Source: an uncultured bacterium
Lineage (GTDB): Bacteria > Actinomycetota > Acidimicrobiia > Acidimicrobiales > VFJN01
Direction of reading: 5' to 3'
NCBI GenBank assembly: GCA_963717085.1
Contig: CAVQVM010000013.1
Location: 71,442 to 135,441, forward strand
Length of the DNA stretch: 64,000 bases
The position numbers were made by a program, and so were the translations under genes. The notes beneath the pieces were generated by a model. That model searched no databases and was not told the DNA's origin. It saw only the letters and a program-made list of their open reading frames with translations. Shown here piece after piece: positions 40,423 through 52,144 of this stretch (position 1 is the first letter of the stretch; the number at the start of each line of letters is the position of its first letter).

Positions 40423-41664
40423 TCAGCCCGTCGTCGTGCCGCCCCGCCGCGCTACGGCATCGACAGTTACGGCCGCGATCAGCACGATCGCGGTGACGAT
40501 GTTCCTGGAGGCAGCGCTGAAGCCCTGCAGCCCCATGCCGTTGTCGATGGCCGCGATCACAATGCCGCCGAGAACGGCGTGCATAGCCTTCCCACGACCG
40601 CCGAACAGGCTGGTCCCGCCGATCACGGCTGCGGCGACGGCGTAGAGCACGAGCGTTCCACCATCGATGTTCGTTGACACCGAACGCAGGCGTGACGCGT
40701 AGATGATGCCGGCCATGCCCGCGGTGAACGATGCCAACACGAAGCACAGGGTGCGCACCCGCGCCAATCGGATGCCCGAGCGACGAGCCGCTTCCGCGTT
40801 GCCGCCGATCGCGTACACGTGGCGACCGAACCTCGTTCGCCCGAGGAGGATGGACCAGGCGGTTGCCACGGCCAGGACGATCAGGAGCACCCACGGCATG
40901 CCGCGGATCGGCACGAGCACCCCGCGGTCCGTGTTGCAAACCAGTACCAGCAAGACGCCGGCGACCGCGACGCCGGCGATCTTGAAGATGGTGACGCCGA
41001 CCGGCGGTGCAACAAGCCCGCGCGCGCGCCGGCGTGCTGCCCTGCGCCACGTCGTCAACCCGTACACCGCGACCAGCACGAGCGTGACGATCCAGCTGGC
41101 TGCCGGCGTGAGGTTGGCGTTGGCGACGTCGTTCACGACATTGTCCTGGATCGGCAGAGTGCCCCCGTTGCCGAGGATCGCCAGCATCACGCCTTGCCAA
41201 CCGAGCAGGCCCCCGAGCGTGACCACGAAGGACGGCAACCCGAGCCGGGTGATCAGCGTCCCGTGGAGGAGCCCGATGGCGGCGCACACCAGGAGCGCGG
41301 CCAGGATCGCCGCCCACCACGGCCAGCTGCCGTGCGACGTCGTGAGCAACTCGGCGGTGACGACGCCGGACAAGCCGGCCACGAAGCCGGCCGACAGGTC
41401 GATCTCGCCGAGGAGCAGCGCGAAGACCTCCGCCAGTGCGAGCATCATGAAGACCGCACCCTGCACCAGCAGGTTCACGATGTTGCCCGAGGTCAGGAAC
41501 TTCGAGTTCAGCGACTGAAAGATGATCGTGATCGCGAGCATGCCCACGACGACCGGGAGCACACCGCTCTCCCCGGCGCGCAGCCGGGCGTACCACAGGT
41601 GCAGGTAGTCGCGGAGCGAGCCCGCGGCGAGCTCGGGCGATATGGCGACCTCGGCGGCCACCAC
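40423..41664 (-). CDS. Sugar ABC transporter permease (XylH-like)
   Basis: GEIDLS, PSFVVTL, TRFGRHVYAIGGNAEAARRSG, AAAVIGGTSLFGGRG. Confidence 0.93.
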   Translation of the reverse strand: MVAAEVAISPELAAGSLRDYLHLWYARLRAGESGVLPVVVGMLAITIIFQSLNSKFLTSGNIVNLLVQGAVFMMLALAEVFALLLGEIDLSAGFVAGLSGVVTAELLTTSHGSWPWWAAILAALLVCAAIGLLHGTLITRLGLPSFVVTLGGLLGWQGVMLAILGNGGTLPIQDNVVNDVANANLTPAASWIVTLVLVAVYGLTTWRRAARRRARGLVAPPVGVTIFKIAGVAVAGVLLVLVCNTDRGVLVPIRGMPWVLLIVLAVATAWSILLGRTRFGRHVYAIGGNAEAARRSGIRLARVRTLCFVLASFTAGMAGIIYASRLRSVSTNIDGGTLVLYAVAAAVIGGTSLFGGRGKAMHAVLGGIVIAAIDNGMGLQGFSAASRNIVTAIVLIAAVTVDAVARRGGTTTG

Positions 41665-41699
41665 GCGTCCTCGTCCGGGCCACCGGTCTCGTCTTCCAA

Positions 41700-42490
41700 G
41701 CCTCGGGTCTTCTCGTCGAGCCGTTCCATGGACAGTTCGCCGGTTGCGAGGCGGCTACCGCGTCTCGGGAGGAAGGTTGGACGCGGCCGAACGTCATGTA
41801 GGACACGACCGTCTGCGGATCGAAGTCGCCGATCTTGCCGGTGGCGACCATGCGACCGAGGTGCAGGATCGCGATGCGGTCGGCGACGATGAAGACATCG
41901 TGCAGGTTGTGGGAGATGAGGAGCACGCCATACCCCCGACCGGCGAGGTTGCGAACGAGGCCGAGCACCATCTCGGTCTGCGCGACGCCGAGTGCCGCCG
42001 TCGGCTCGTCCATGATCACGAGCTTCGAGTTCCACAGCACGGCCCTGGCGATCGCGACTGCCTGGCGTTGCCCACCCGAGAGCGAGGCGACCGGCTGCCG
42101 GATGGACCGCACGGTGGTCACCGAGAGCCCGGCGAGCGCCTCGGTGGCCGACGTCTCCATGCTGTCGTCATCGAGCAGCCCTGCCCTCGTCCGCTCGCGG
42201 CCGAGGAACATGTTCTGGACGATGTCGAGGTTGTCGGCGAGCGCCAGGTCTTGGTAGACGGTCTGGATCCCCAGTGCGGCCGCATCGAGCGGCGTACGTA
42301 TGTGCACCGGATGGCCTTCCCAGTAGGATCTGACCGCCGTCGGCTTGGTGGATCCCGGCGATCGTCTTGATCAGCACCGACTTGCCGGCACCGTTGTCGC
42401 CGGCCAGTGCCGTCACCTCGCCGGCAGGCACGTCGAGGTCCACTCCACGCAAGGCCACCACCGGCCCGAATCGCTTGGTCAGATACCGCG
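41700..42490 (-). CDS. Sugar ABC transporter ATP-binding protein (frameshifted)
   Basis: GDNGAGKS Walker A (42168..42461 frame); LSGGQRQ and IMDEPTAALG (40136..42307 frame); ends approximate. Confidence 0.85.
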
Positions 42491-42569
42491 CAGCTCGAGC
42501 AGTCGGCTGCCGGGCGAAGGGCGGGGTTTCGCCCGGCAGCGACTCGCTGCGGCTCGCCGTGGCCAGAGA

Positions 42570-43800
42570 CTGGCACGGCTACGAGCCGATCCCTGCCGAC
42601 TTGCACGCGGACGCCAGCGATCCGGCGCACAGAGATCCGCCGCGTTCAGCGAAGTTGTCCTTGACCACCGTGTCCTTCATGTTGGCGGCGGTGACCGACA
42701 CGGGCGTCGAGCAGCACCGATGGGACATCGGTCTGCTGGTTGTTCGTGGTGCCGTTCACGAGTGACTTCGGCGGCGTCTCGCCGGCACGGACGAACAGCG
42801 CGACCGCCGCTGCGGCCTGCGCCTCGGTGTAGATCGGCTTGTACACCGACATGCACTGGTAGACCGGCGAGGACGTTCTGCAGTCCGACCAGCGTTGCGT
42901 CCTGGCCCGTCGTAGGGATGGTCTTGGCGGGATCTTGTCGGTCTTCAGAACGGAGATCACCGAGTTCGCAAGCGTGTCGTTGGCCGTGACCACCGCGTTG
43001 ATGTTCGGGTGGGCCGTGAACTGCTGCTGGAAGTTCGTCAGAGGCCTTCTCGGCTGTCCCAGGTACCGGCCGGCTCACCGACCTTCACGTACGCCCCGTC
43101 GTCGAACTGTGGCTTCAGACGCCGAGTTGTAGCCCTGCGCGAACAGCGTCGCGTTGTTGTCGGTCGGGTCGCCGTCCATCTCGAGGACCTCTGGCTTCTG
43201 CGACGTTCCACTGCTTCACGCAGTCGACCAGGCCCTGACCGATCTTCTCGCCGACGACAACGTTGTCGAAGCTGACGTAGTACGCCGACGAAGACCCGTT
43301 CAACGTGAGCCGGTCGTAGTCGATCGATCTGCGACGCCCTTGGACTGAGCGTCCTTTCGATGGCTGCGCCACTACCCGAATCGAGGGCGTCGACGACCAG
43401 AACGCTCGCACCATTGGTGATGGCGGCGTCGGCCTGGGTCTGCATCGTGCTGGTGCTGCCTTGAGCGTTCTGGATGATGAAGTCGCTCTTGCTCAGCCCG
43501 GCGGCTTCGAAGGCTTGCGCTAGGAACGGGGCTGTCATACGCGACGTAGCGCGATGACTGAGGTGTCGGGCAGTAGCACCGCAACCTTGCCCTTGCCTCG
43601 GCCGGCGAGGTCTTTGAGCTTCCCATCGCGGAGAAGTCGCTAGTGAAGTCGGCTGGCGAGATGGAAGTTGCTCTGCTATTGCGATAGCGTTAGAGGAAGA
43701 GCTGCTGCTGCTGTTGCTGCAAGCAGCTGCGCTAAATGTAAAGAGGGTGGCTGTCTAGACTGCTGCTATGTGCTACAGAGTTAGGCGAATGTGATCTACT
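42570..43800 (-). CDS. Sugar ABC substrate-binding lipoprotein (XylF-like), multiply frameshifted
   Basis: Fragments NAQGS...QADAAITNGA, IDYDRL, YYVSFDN, ANDTLA, TTGQDA, MSVYKPI; damaged signal peptide with AAAC at about 43720; ends approximate. Confidence 0.8.
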
Positions 43801-43872
43801 GTGTCTAGGAAGTGTACGAGCGGTCGGCACCGACGTAATTGCCTGGCATCTCCGTCTCGCCGACATTGCGCA

Positions 43873-44100
43873 CTATGCGGCGTTCCGGGTCTCAGGCCGG
43901 ACCACGAGGCGGCTGTGCTTGTCGATGAGGACGACCACCTGTGCAACGTCGTCGATCAGCAACACGGATCGATCGCGCGAGGGCGGCCTGGGCTGCGTCG
44001 GCGAGCATCTCGATGGTGAGACCGAATACATGCACGCCCATGGAGCCGCTCTCCTCGACTTGGTGTCCTGCGTCGGTAACGCTTTCTCGGACGATCGCGC
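43873..44100 (-). CDS. Small hypothetical protein (one frameshift), paralog of 37707-37880
   Basis: HVFGLTIEMLADAAQAALA/RDRSVLLIDDVAQVVVLIDKHSRLVVRP. Confidence 0.55.
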   Translation of the reverse strand, partial: ARSSEKALPTQDTKSRRAAPWACMYSVSPSRCSPTQPRPPSRDRSVLLIDDVAQVVVLIDKHSRLVVRPETRNAA

Positions 44101-44428
44101 CACGGCGGGTCCATGTCTTCGAAGGCACCCACCATCTCGGGCTCAAGCCACCGGGGCTCACGATGTTCCGGCTAGCTTCAATGCGCCCGCCACACGGCGA
44201 GGCGATCCTGGGGAGAGCGGCTCCGGTCGCCAGATCATGGCGCTGCGCGCTCTGATCGTTGGGCGAAGGCGATGGCTGCGTCGGCCACGCCGATCGAAGG
44301 TGCCACCGCCGGGCGCTGGACGGCGCCCGCCGAGGCAGGCGTTCGGTGCTCGCGAACCGGGCCGACGAGCGAGCCTGTGCGGCAGCGGGACATCCCAGCG
44401 TTGGGATCTCGCTACCTGGCGCCTCACC

Positions 44429-47210
44429 TCATAGGGCGAGCGCCTCGGACAACTGGCGGCGCGGTCGATGCTGAGCTTGTCGAAGACTTTGCGCAGGTGG
44501 TACTCGACGGTGCGGGCGCTGATGAAGAGCTCGGCGCCGATCTGCACGTTGGACCGACCGTCTTGGGCCAGGGCGGCAACCTGGTTCTCCCGCGGTGTGA
44601 GCTCGTTGGCGTCGTCGGCGGTCCGTCACCCGCGGGCGCCGGTGGCGAGCAGTTCGTCGGCGGCCCGGCGGGCGAACGCGGCCGCGCCCATCTCCGAGAA
44701 CAGCTGGTGGGCTGCGCGGAGCTAGGGGCGGGCATCGAGCCGCCGGCGTCTCCTGCGGAGCCATTCCCCGTAGAGGAGGTGGGCGCGGGCCAGTTCGGGC
44801 AGGGCTCGGCTGCGACTGAGCCGCTCGATGGCGGTGCGGTACTGCTTGTCTGCGTCGTCACCGTCGCTGATGACCGCCCGTGCTCGTGCCTGGATGCTCA
44901 GGGCTCACTCGGTGCCGGCTGCGCGTGCCTGCGCGCGAGGCGCTCGTACGCGGCGACGGCAGTATCGGGCTCACCGGTGCGGGCGGCGGCGTCGACGAGC
45001 TCGGCCAGCACACGGCGAGCCGACGTCGTCGTGCTCGCAGGCGCCGGGCGGCGGCGAAGGCGTCTTGGTAGTGGCTGAGGCCGTTGTGGAGCACCGCTGC
45101 CGCAGCGCAGGCGGTGTGTGGGAGCTGGTGGCCGTCGGGTGGGATCGCGGTGCTCATCCGTCTCGCCGGCACGAGCTCGGCGAACTCGGCCTCCGCTCCC
45201 CGCCAGGCGGCGAGCATCAACGAGCCGGAGGGAGCCGGGGCCTGCCCGGTCAAGACGCAGACCCTGCGGGCCTCGTCGACGAGACTGGTCGCAGCGTCGA
45301 GGTCACCAGCATGGACGTACACGGTGGCGAGGTGATCGAGGGCGAGGGACAGCTCCATGAGCGCACCGGCCTCGCGGGCTAGTCGGACTCGGCGGGACGC
45401 GAGCTCGAGCGCGGCTTGGTCGTCCGCCACGACGGCCGCGGCACGCGACGCCAGCCCGAGCCAGCGGGGATTCTCGCGTCGCGACGCCGCTTCCACCGCC
45501 CGCCGCAGGGTCCCCATCGCCGCCGCGTGCCCTTCGGTGAACAACCGGACCCAGCCGTCGAACAGCAGCTGGGCGACTGAGGGAGACCTTCCCGGGACCG
45601 GAGCGCTGGCGGTGCTGGCCGCGGCGGCGATGGCGCTGGCGACGCCAGGACGGTCTGACGCGACGGTCATCTCGAGCGCCTCGAGGTACAAGCCGTGGGC
45701 ATGCCGAGGGTCGCCGGATCCCAGCGCCCACACGGCGTCGAGCAGGAGCTCGGACGGGTCGCCGTGCCCGGGTTGCGCGAACGCGAGCCGTGCCCTCAGC
45801 AGCGCGAGCCGGGCCGGGCCGATCCCGTCGAGTGGCCCCTCGCTCGCCAGCGTCAGGAGCTCGGAGGCGGCCACCAGCGAGCCCGCGTCGAGCTTCGCAA
45901 CTGCTGCGGCCAGGGCGCGCCGGGCCCGCTGTGACCCTTCCGCTGTCAGACGCGCGGCGTGCGCAAGTAGGGCGGCCGACGCCGCCACTCCACCCCGGGC
46001 GGTCATGCGCCCGGCCGAGCGCTCCAGGTCGCTGGCAACCGCTTCGTCGGGCGCCGAGCGCGGCGAGCGCGCGATGCCACGTCGGGCGATCGGGATCGAC
46101 CGCGGGGTCGCACGCGTCAGCGAGCGCCGCATGCACCCGTCGGCGCTCGTCGAGCCGCGCGTCGTGATAGACGACCGAGCGCATCCGCGGGTCATCGAAC
46201 GTCACCCGCGATCCCACGCGGACCAGACCGAGCGATGCCGCGTCGTGCGCACTGGCGGGATCGATTTCCAGCGCGGCAGCCGCTCGCAGCAGCACTGTCC
46301 GATCGCCCTCGGGCTCCGCGGCGGCGACCAGCATGAATCGTTCCGTCTGCTCCGGCGCGCCCGATAACACTTCCCGCATCCGCCGCGTGGTCGGGTCGGT
46401 CGGTGGCGGTATCGCGGGCAGACCGAACCCCCCGGCGAGCTGCTCGGCCATGACGCCGGTCGCCCCGATCAGCGCGCGTGGGTTGCCGCGGGACTCCGCC
46501 ACGATGCGGTCACGGACCGGGGTGTCCAACGGCCCCGGCACCAGCGATGCGAGCAACGCCCGGGCCTCGGCGTCGGTGAGCGGACGCAACACCAGCTCGG
46601 GCAGCCCGGCGAGGTCATCCATCTGCTCAGCCACGGTGAACACCATGGCGATCCGCTCTGATGGCAGCCGACGAGCCACCAGGGCGAGTACCCGACGCGA
46701 AGGCTCGTCGAGCCGATCCGCGTCGTCGACAGCGCACACGAGTGGCCCGTCTGCGCTCACGTAGGCAAACAGGCCCAGCACCGCCAAGCCGAGGAACAAC
46801 ATGTCGACCTGACCGCCGGAGTGGAGACCGAAAGCCGCCGCGAGCGCTTGGCGCTGCGGGGCCGGAAGCTGGTCCAGACGATCCAGCATCGGCGCGCAGA
46901 GCCGATGCAACCCCGCATACGCCAGGTCCCGCTCCGACTCCACACCTGCGACGCGCAGAGCGCGGAACTGCGTCGCCGACTTGATCGCGCACTCGACCAA
47001 CGTGGTCTTCCCCGACCCCGCGGGCCCCCGCACCACAAGCGCCCGGCCGTCCCCACCGCCAACCACGCCAACGAGCCGCTCGAGCAGGGCTCGCTCGTCC
47101 CCGAGCCCAACGACACGATCCGACCGGTTGCCGGTGGACTCACCTCCATGAGCGTCGTGAGGTGGGGAGAGACACAACTCCATGCTGGACCCTCCCGACG
47201 CGATGCCCAT
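44429..47210 (-). CDS. AAA-ATPase LuxR-family (LAL-type) regulator, frameshifted
   Basis: [26 protein letters not shown]-terminal [24 protein letters not shown]. Confidence 0.88.
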
Positions 47211-47469
47211 ACGAAGGACGATCGCGCAACAGGAGGCACATGTCGTCGCAGGCAGCCTCTACCCCGCACCCCAGCCACCGTCAGGTCCCGCCTACCGGGT
47301 GGCCCCCAGGTACATGGGCCGTTTGCGCACCGGAGCGTGGGTCCCCCGGCCCACACCCACACCAGTCCGTGGTACCGGGGCATCGACTAGGGCCTCTCAC
47401 CGGTGCGACGCGTGGCCGAGATCGCCAGCGTCGTGCGGGTACCAACGGCAACGGTTGAAAGGAGCAACG

Positions 47470-48015
47470 ATGGTTGGCACGAGATCGATGTCCACCCTTG
47501 TCTTGGGCGGGACTGTGGTCGCAGCGATGGTCCTCGGCGCCTGTGGCGGTGACGACGACGACAGCAGCAGCAGCGGGAGCTCGGCGGGCAGTGCAAACAC
47601 GTCCGCGGTCGTGGTCGAGCAGACCGACCTCGGCAAGATCCTGGCCGACGGGAAGGACCAGACGCTGTACCTGTTCCTGAAGGACAAGGGCACGACCAGC
47701 GAGTGCAGCGGTGGCTGCGCCGCGGCCTGGCCTCCGCTGACCGTGACCGGCTCACCGACGGCGGGCAACGGGGCTGAGCAGTCGCTGGTGGGGACCACGA
47801 AACGGTCCGACGGAAAGTCACAGGTCACGTACAACGGTCATCCCGTTTACCGCTACTCCGGGGACCAGAATGCTGGTGACACGGCTGGCCAAGGGCTCAT
47901 GGCGTTTGGCGCCAGCTGGTACGTCCTCTCACCGGCCGGAGACCAGATCACCGGCAGCGCCTCGACCTCCGGCAACAGCTCCGGCAGCAGCTCGGGTGGC
48001 GGCAATGGCTACTAG
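47470..48015 (+). CDS. Secreted lipoprotein with Y-X4-D repeats (COG4315 / Lipoprotein_15)
   Basis: LGAC lipobox, TLYLFLKD, CSGGCAAAWPP, QVTYNGHPVYRYSGD. Confidence 0.9.
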   Translation: MVGTRSMSTLVLGGTVVAAMVLGACGGDDDDSSSSGSSAGSANTSAVVVEQTDLGKILADGKDQTLYLFLKDKGTTSECSGGCAAAWPPLTVTGSPTAGNGAEQSLVGTTKRSDGKSQVTYNGHPVYRYSGDQNAGDTAGQGLMAFGASWYVLSPAGDQITGSASTSGNSSGSSSGGGNGY

Positions 48016-48541
48016 CGTCTCGGCCCGGCCGTGGTGGCTCGGCACCGCAGCCGCCATGGTCCTGGCCGACGCCGCGTTTGCGCTGGGCGCCATCGCCCTG
48101 GCGGGCGAGGCCGCGGTTCACATCCAGCAGTACGCCTCGCTGGTCCACGGGGTGCGCTGGATCGGCCCCCTGTTCTTGGCCGACGCCGCCACGTGCATCG
48201 CTGTGGTCCTCGCCCTCGCCTATCGGCCCACCCGCCCGCTGGCGGCGCTGGTCGGGGTCGTGACGTCGGCGCTGGCGCTCGCCGGCCTCATCGTGAGCTA
48301 CGGGCGAGAGGGTGGGCTGTTGGGCTGGTCCGAGGCCGGCTTTCGCACTGCGATCGTCCTCGCCGTGGTCGCCGAGCTCGCCGCCGTGGTCCTGCTGTCC
48401 ACCGGACTCACAGCCACGACCGCATCCCCCCGGGACCCCCGTCACCCAACACCACGAGCACCCCACGACCAACAGGCCCACGACGACGAGCTCCGCCACC
48501 CGTTCCCCTGGCCTGGGACGCAAAGCCGAACAACGGCATGA
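48005..48541 (+). CDS. Hypothetical membrane protein
   Basis: Overlaps the lipoprotein stop; AVHIQQY, IGPLFL, GLLGWSE. Confidence 0.7.
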   Translation: MATSVSARPWWLGTAAAMVLADAAFALGAIALAGEAAVHIQQYASLVHGVRWIGPLFLADAATCIAVVLALAYRPTRPLAALVGVVTSALALAGLIVSYGREGGLLGWSEAGFRTAIVLAVVAELAAVVLLSTGLTATTASPRDPRHPTPRAPHDQQAHDDELRHPFPWPGTQSRTTA

Positions 48542-48596
48542 CGACGTGTACTCGCCACCGGTCCACGGCCGACGAGATCCCGTGTCGGTGGCGACG

Positions 48597-48745
48597 TCAC
48601 GGCGGTCGAGGAAGGTGATGACGGTGAGCACGCGACGGTGGTCGTCGACCGTCTCCGGTACCTGCGGATAGCAGCAGGATCCCGACGTCGGGAAGGTAGC
48701 GTCGGATCGGCAGCGTGGCCTCGAGCCCCTCGGTCGAGCGCGACC
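48597..48745 (-). pseudogene. Response regulator remnant
   Basis: EGLEATLPIRRYLPDVGILLLS directly followed (frameshifted) by C-terminal PETVDDHRRVLTVITFL. Confidence 0.6.
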
Positions 48746-48758
48746 CCCGCGCCGCAAG

Positions 48759-50204
48759 ATGATCGATCAGATTCGCCGTGCCGCGGGTCATCGGCTTTAC
48801 TGCGGGCTGGTGGCGAGACGAGGGCTGGTTGCCCGGATGATCCTCGCGAGCGGGCTCCTCGCGGTGATCGTGGGAGGCGCCTTCGCGGTGATGCTCGCCG
48901 CCGTGGACAGGGAGCGGGACGCTTTGGATCTGTCCCGGCACTCCGAACGTGTGTTGGTGGCGGCCAGGACGCTCGAGCAGCTGGTCATCGACCTGGAGAC
49001 GGGTGAGCGGGGCTTCCTGCTGACCGACGCCGAGCGCTTCCTCCAGCCGTGGACAGACGCCCAGGCCGCACTCCCGGACGCGACCAGGGAGCTGGAGCGG
49101 CTCGCCCGGGTACCGCGTCAGCACGCGCGAGCGGAGGCCATCGCCGTTGGCATCACCTCCTACCTGGAGGACTACTCGGTGCCGGTCGTGGAGGCGGCGC
49201 GGCGCGGCGACCCCGCCGCCACGAGCGTGGCCACCGCCGAGGAAGGGAGGCGGCGAGTCGACGCGGTGCGTGCCGAGTTCGACCAGCTCCGGAGGACGGA
49301 GCGTGCGCTGGCGGCGGAACGCCAGGACCGCGCCAACGCCGCCACCGACCGAGCCATCGCCGTGGCGCTCGGGGGGCTGCTGGGATCGATCCTGCTCATC
49401 CTGTTCGTGGGGACCTACCTGTCACGGGCGATCGTTCTGCCGGTGCAGCGGGCGGCGGCGATGGCCGGCCGAGTGGCCGGCGGTGACCTCGCGGTCCGCA
49501 TTCCCGAGACCGGGGTGGGCGAGATCAGGGACCTGGAGCGGTCGTTCAACGCCATGGCGAGTTCGTTGGAGGTGGGCCGCGCCGAGCTCACCGCCTCCCG
49601 GGCCCGTGTGGTCGCCGCCGGCGACGAGGCGCGCCAGCGCATCGAGCGGGACCTCCACGACGGCACGCAGCAGCGCCTGGTTTCGCTCGGACTCGACCTG
49701 CGGGCCGCGGATGCCATTGTGCCGCCAGGGTCCGACGAGCTGCGCGCCCAGCTGGCACGCACAGCCGACGGACTCGCGGCGGCGCTAGAGGACCTCCAGG
49801 AGGTCTCGCGAGGCATCCACCCCGCGATCCTCAGCAGGGGCGGCCTCGCGCCGGCGCTCAAGGCGCTGGGCCGCCGCTCGGCAGTGCCGGTCGAGCTCGA
49901 CATTCGGGTCGACGGGCGGCTGCCTGAGTCCGTCGAGGTGGCCGTGTACTACGTCGTGTCCGAGGCGCTCACCAACGCGGCCAAGCATGCTGGCGCGTCG
50001 CTGGTACGCGTCGACCTCGAGGTGCCGGACTCGGTCCTCCGCTTAGCGGTGCGGGACGACGGGGCCGGTGGCGCCGACCCCGGCCACGGGTCGGGGCTCG
50101 TCGGGCTGCGCGACCGGGTCGAGGCGATCGGCGGAGACCTGCAGCTCACGAGCCCGCCCGACGAGGGGACCTCGCTGCTCGTCACGATCCCCGTCCGCAG
50201 GTGA
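48759..50204 (+). CDS. CHASE3-HAMP sensor histidine kinase (HisKA_3)
   Basis: DLETGERGFLLT, HAMP, RIERDLHDGTQQ, EALTNAAKHA, GSGLVGLRDR. Confidence 0.92.
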   Translation: MIDQIRRAAGHRLYCGLVARRGLVARMILASGLLAVIVGGAFAVMLAAVDRERDALDLSRHSERVLVAARTLEQLVIDLETGERGFLLTDAERFLQPWTDAQAALPDATRELERLARVPRQHARAEAIAVGITSYLEDYSVPVVEAARRGDPAATSVATAEEGRRRVDAVRAEFDQLRRTERALAAERQDRANAATDRAIAVALGGLLGSILLILFVGTYLSRAIVLPVQRAAAMAGRVAGGDLAVRIPETGVGEIRDLERSFNAMASSLEVGRAELTASRARVVAAGDEARQRIERDLHDGTQQRLVSLGLDLRAADAIVPPGSDELRAQLARTADGLAAALEDLQEVSRGIHPAILSRGGLAPALKALGRRSAVPVELDIRVDGRLPESVEVAVYYVVSEALTNAAKHAGASLVRVDLEVPDSVLRLAVRDDGAGGADPGHGSGLVGLRDRVEAIGGDLQLTSPPDEGTSLLVTIPVRR

Positions 50205-50384
50205 CCTCGAGCGGCCCACCCGCTCGGCCCATCAGATCATCGGTCGATCGAGGCTGAGCGGAGCTTCGGATCTGAGCGGGGCGACACAGGTGCCACAACG
50301 CCAGCGACCGATGACTTCGCCGGGGCCGGTGGGTCCTACCTCTGGCGGGTCACGCGGATGACGACGACGGAGACGACGAGTGAC

Positions 50385-50775
50385 ATGACCGACCAGAACG
50401 AACGTCGGGTGGTGGCCTGGGCCAGCGTGTCGATGGACGGCTTCACGAGCGGCCGTGGTGGCGTTGCGGAGAATCAGTGGCTCTACGAGCGCGCCGGCCA
50501 GGAGCAGACCGCCGCGGTACTTCGAGGGGATCTGGCGGGGCGCCGACACGGCGCTGCTCGGCCGAACGAACTACGAGGGCTTCTATTCCGTGTGGCCCGG
50601 CGTCACCCGTGATCCGGCCATGCCCGCGGCACCCGCGACCTCGGCGCCTGGATCGACGACGTCGAGAAGGTCGTGTTCTCACACACGCTGACCGATGTCA
50701 CCTGGTCGCATGCCCGGCTCGCCACCCGGCCGCTGAAGGACGAGGTGAAGGCGCTCAAGGCTGCCGCCGGTGACC
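50385..50775 (+). pseudogene. DHFR-like protein, frameshifted and 3'-truncated
   Basis: SVSMDGF, LLGRTNYEGF, KVVFSHTL in three frames. Confidence 0.75.
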
Positions 50776-50872
50776 CTGGCACGTGTCCCGACAGCCGCGC
50801 CGGGTGCGCTGTCTCGGATCGGTTCGCCGACGTGGGCGACGTCGGCGAGGCCAGCTGGTGTCGGTGGGACCA

Positions 50873-51797
50873 TCACCATGCCCCTTGTGCGTACTGGGTC
50901 AGGATGACCAGGCGAGTCAGGTGGACACGCGAGTTGGTGCCGAGCTTGCGGAAGATCGACCGCAGATGGAAGTCGACGGTGTGCGGGGACAGGAACAGGC
51001 GCTCCGCGGCCTCGCGGTTGGTGAGGCCCTCGGCGACGACGTGGGCGACGCTGCGCTCGGTATCGGTGAGGCTCGTCCAGCCGCACATCGTCCGCTCTTG
51101 CCTACGCCCTGAACGGTCGGCGCCCGCGACGACGGGCGTCAGTTGAAGGACGACCCCTGGTGCCCCGTCGTCGAGCACCGGCACGGCACGCACCGCCACA
51201 GCGCGGCCGCTGAGCAGGATTGTCATGACGTCGTCCTGCAGGCGGTCGCGTAGGCGGTCGGCAGCCTCGCGCAGCGCAGGTTCGTCGTCCGGGTCGACAA
51301 GCCGATCGGCGGCGGCATTGGGAATCAGCCGCCGTTCGGTAACGAGGACGAACGGGCCCTTGGCACCGCGCCGCTTCTTCAGGAACCGCCCGAGGGCCAG
51401 CCGTTCGGCAAGCGCCCCATCGTCGACCAGGCCTTGCTGGATCTCACGGACCGCGAGGGCGGCCAAAGGACGGATCAGCGGGTTCGCCTCGGCCCACGCA
51501 GGTCAGCGCAGGTTGATGGTGAGTGCGGAGGTCGGTGATCGGGGTCGCCGGCCCGGTCACATCGGCGAAATCGGGGTGAACACCGAGCCATGGTTCGGCG
51601 ACCCGGCGGTCCACCACGTGCCCGCCGGCATCGGACAGCACGATGCCAATCCCGGTTCCGGCAAGGTCGCTCGCGATCCGGTCCATGACCGGACGGGCGG
51701 CGCCGACGAGCCGGCCGCCGCCATTGGCGGCCGCAACCCCCACCCCCATGACCGTGGGCGGTGTCTCCGCCGCGAGGGATTGCGCTACCGAGCCCAT
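50873..51797 (-). pseudogene. GAF-domain / LuxR-HTH regulator with deleted GAF core
   Basis: AARPVMDRIASDLAGTGIGIVLSDAGG; GWTSLTDTERSVA...LTNREAAERLFLSPHTVDFHLR. Confidence 0.75.
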
Positions 51798-52144
51798 CGA
51801 GTGACCCCTTTTCCATTGGGGACGATCTGACCTCGGACTCACGGTCGCGCTCGGCGAACTCGCTGTCTTCGCTGGCAGCGGGAGTCTTGGCGCCCTGCTA
51901 GTGGGGCTTGGCCCTTCCTGCTAGCGGCAATGTCCGATCAGGCTTCGGCGTGCGATCGTGATGTCGACCTTTGGTGCCGTGTCAGGCCAACGTCGACTCC
52001 GGTACCGACCAACGGGATACCGCATCGACGACCGTGCAGCCTTGCCGGCGGCCGAGCAGCGACCGCATGTCCCTGAGGGTCTGCTCGAGCTTCACGACCA
52101 GAGCTCCGTCGCCGCCGTCGTCAGCGGGACGTGATGACGCGCGT

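Noticed and set aside
42300-45400. Programmed frameshifting or true pseudogenisation of the sugar ABC and LAL genes
   Set aside because: Dense scattered indels without slippery motifs fit long-read error better; cannot be decided without reads.
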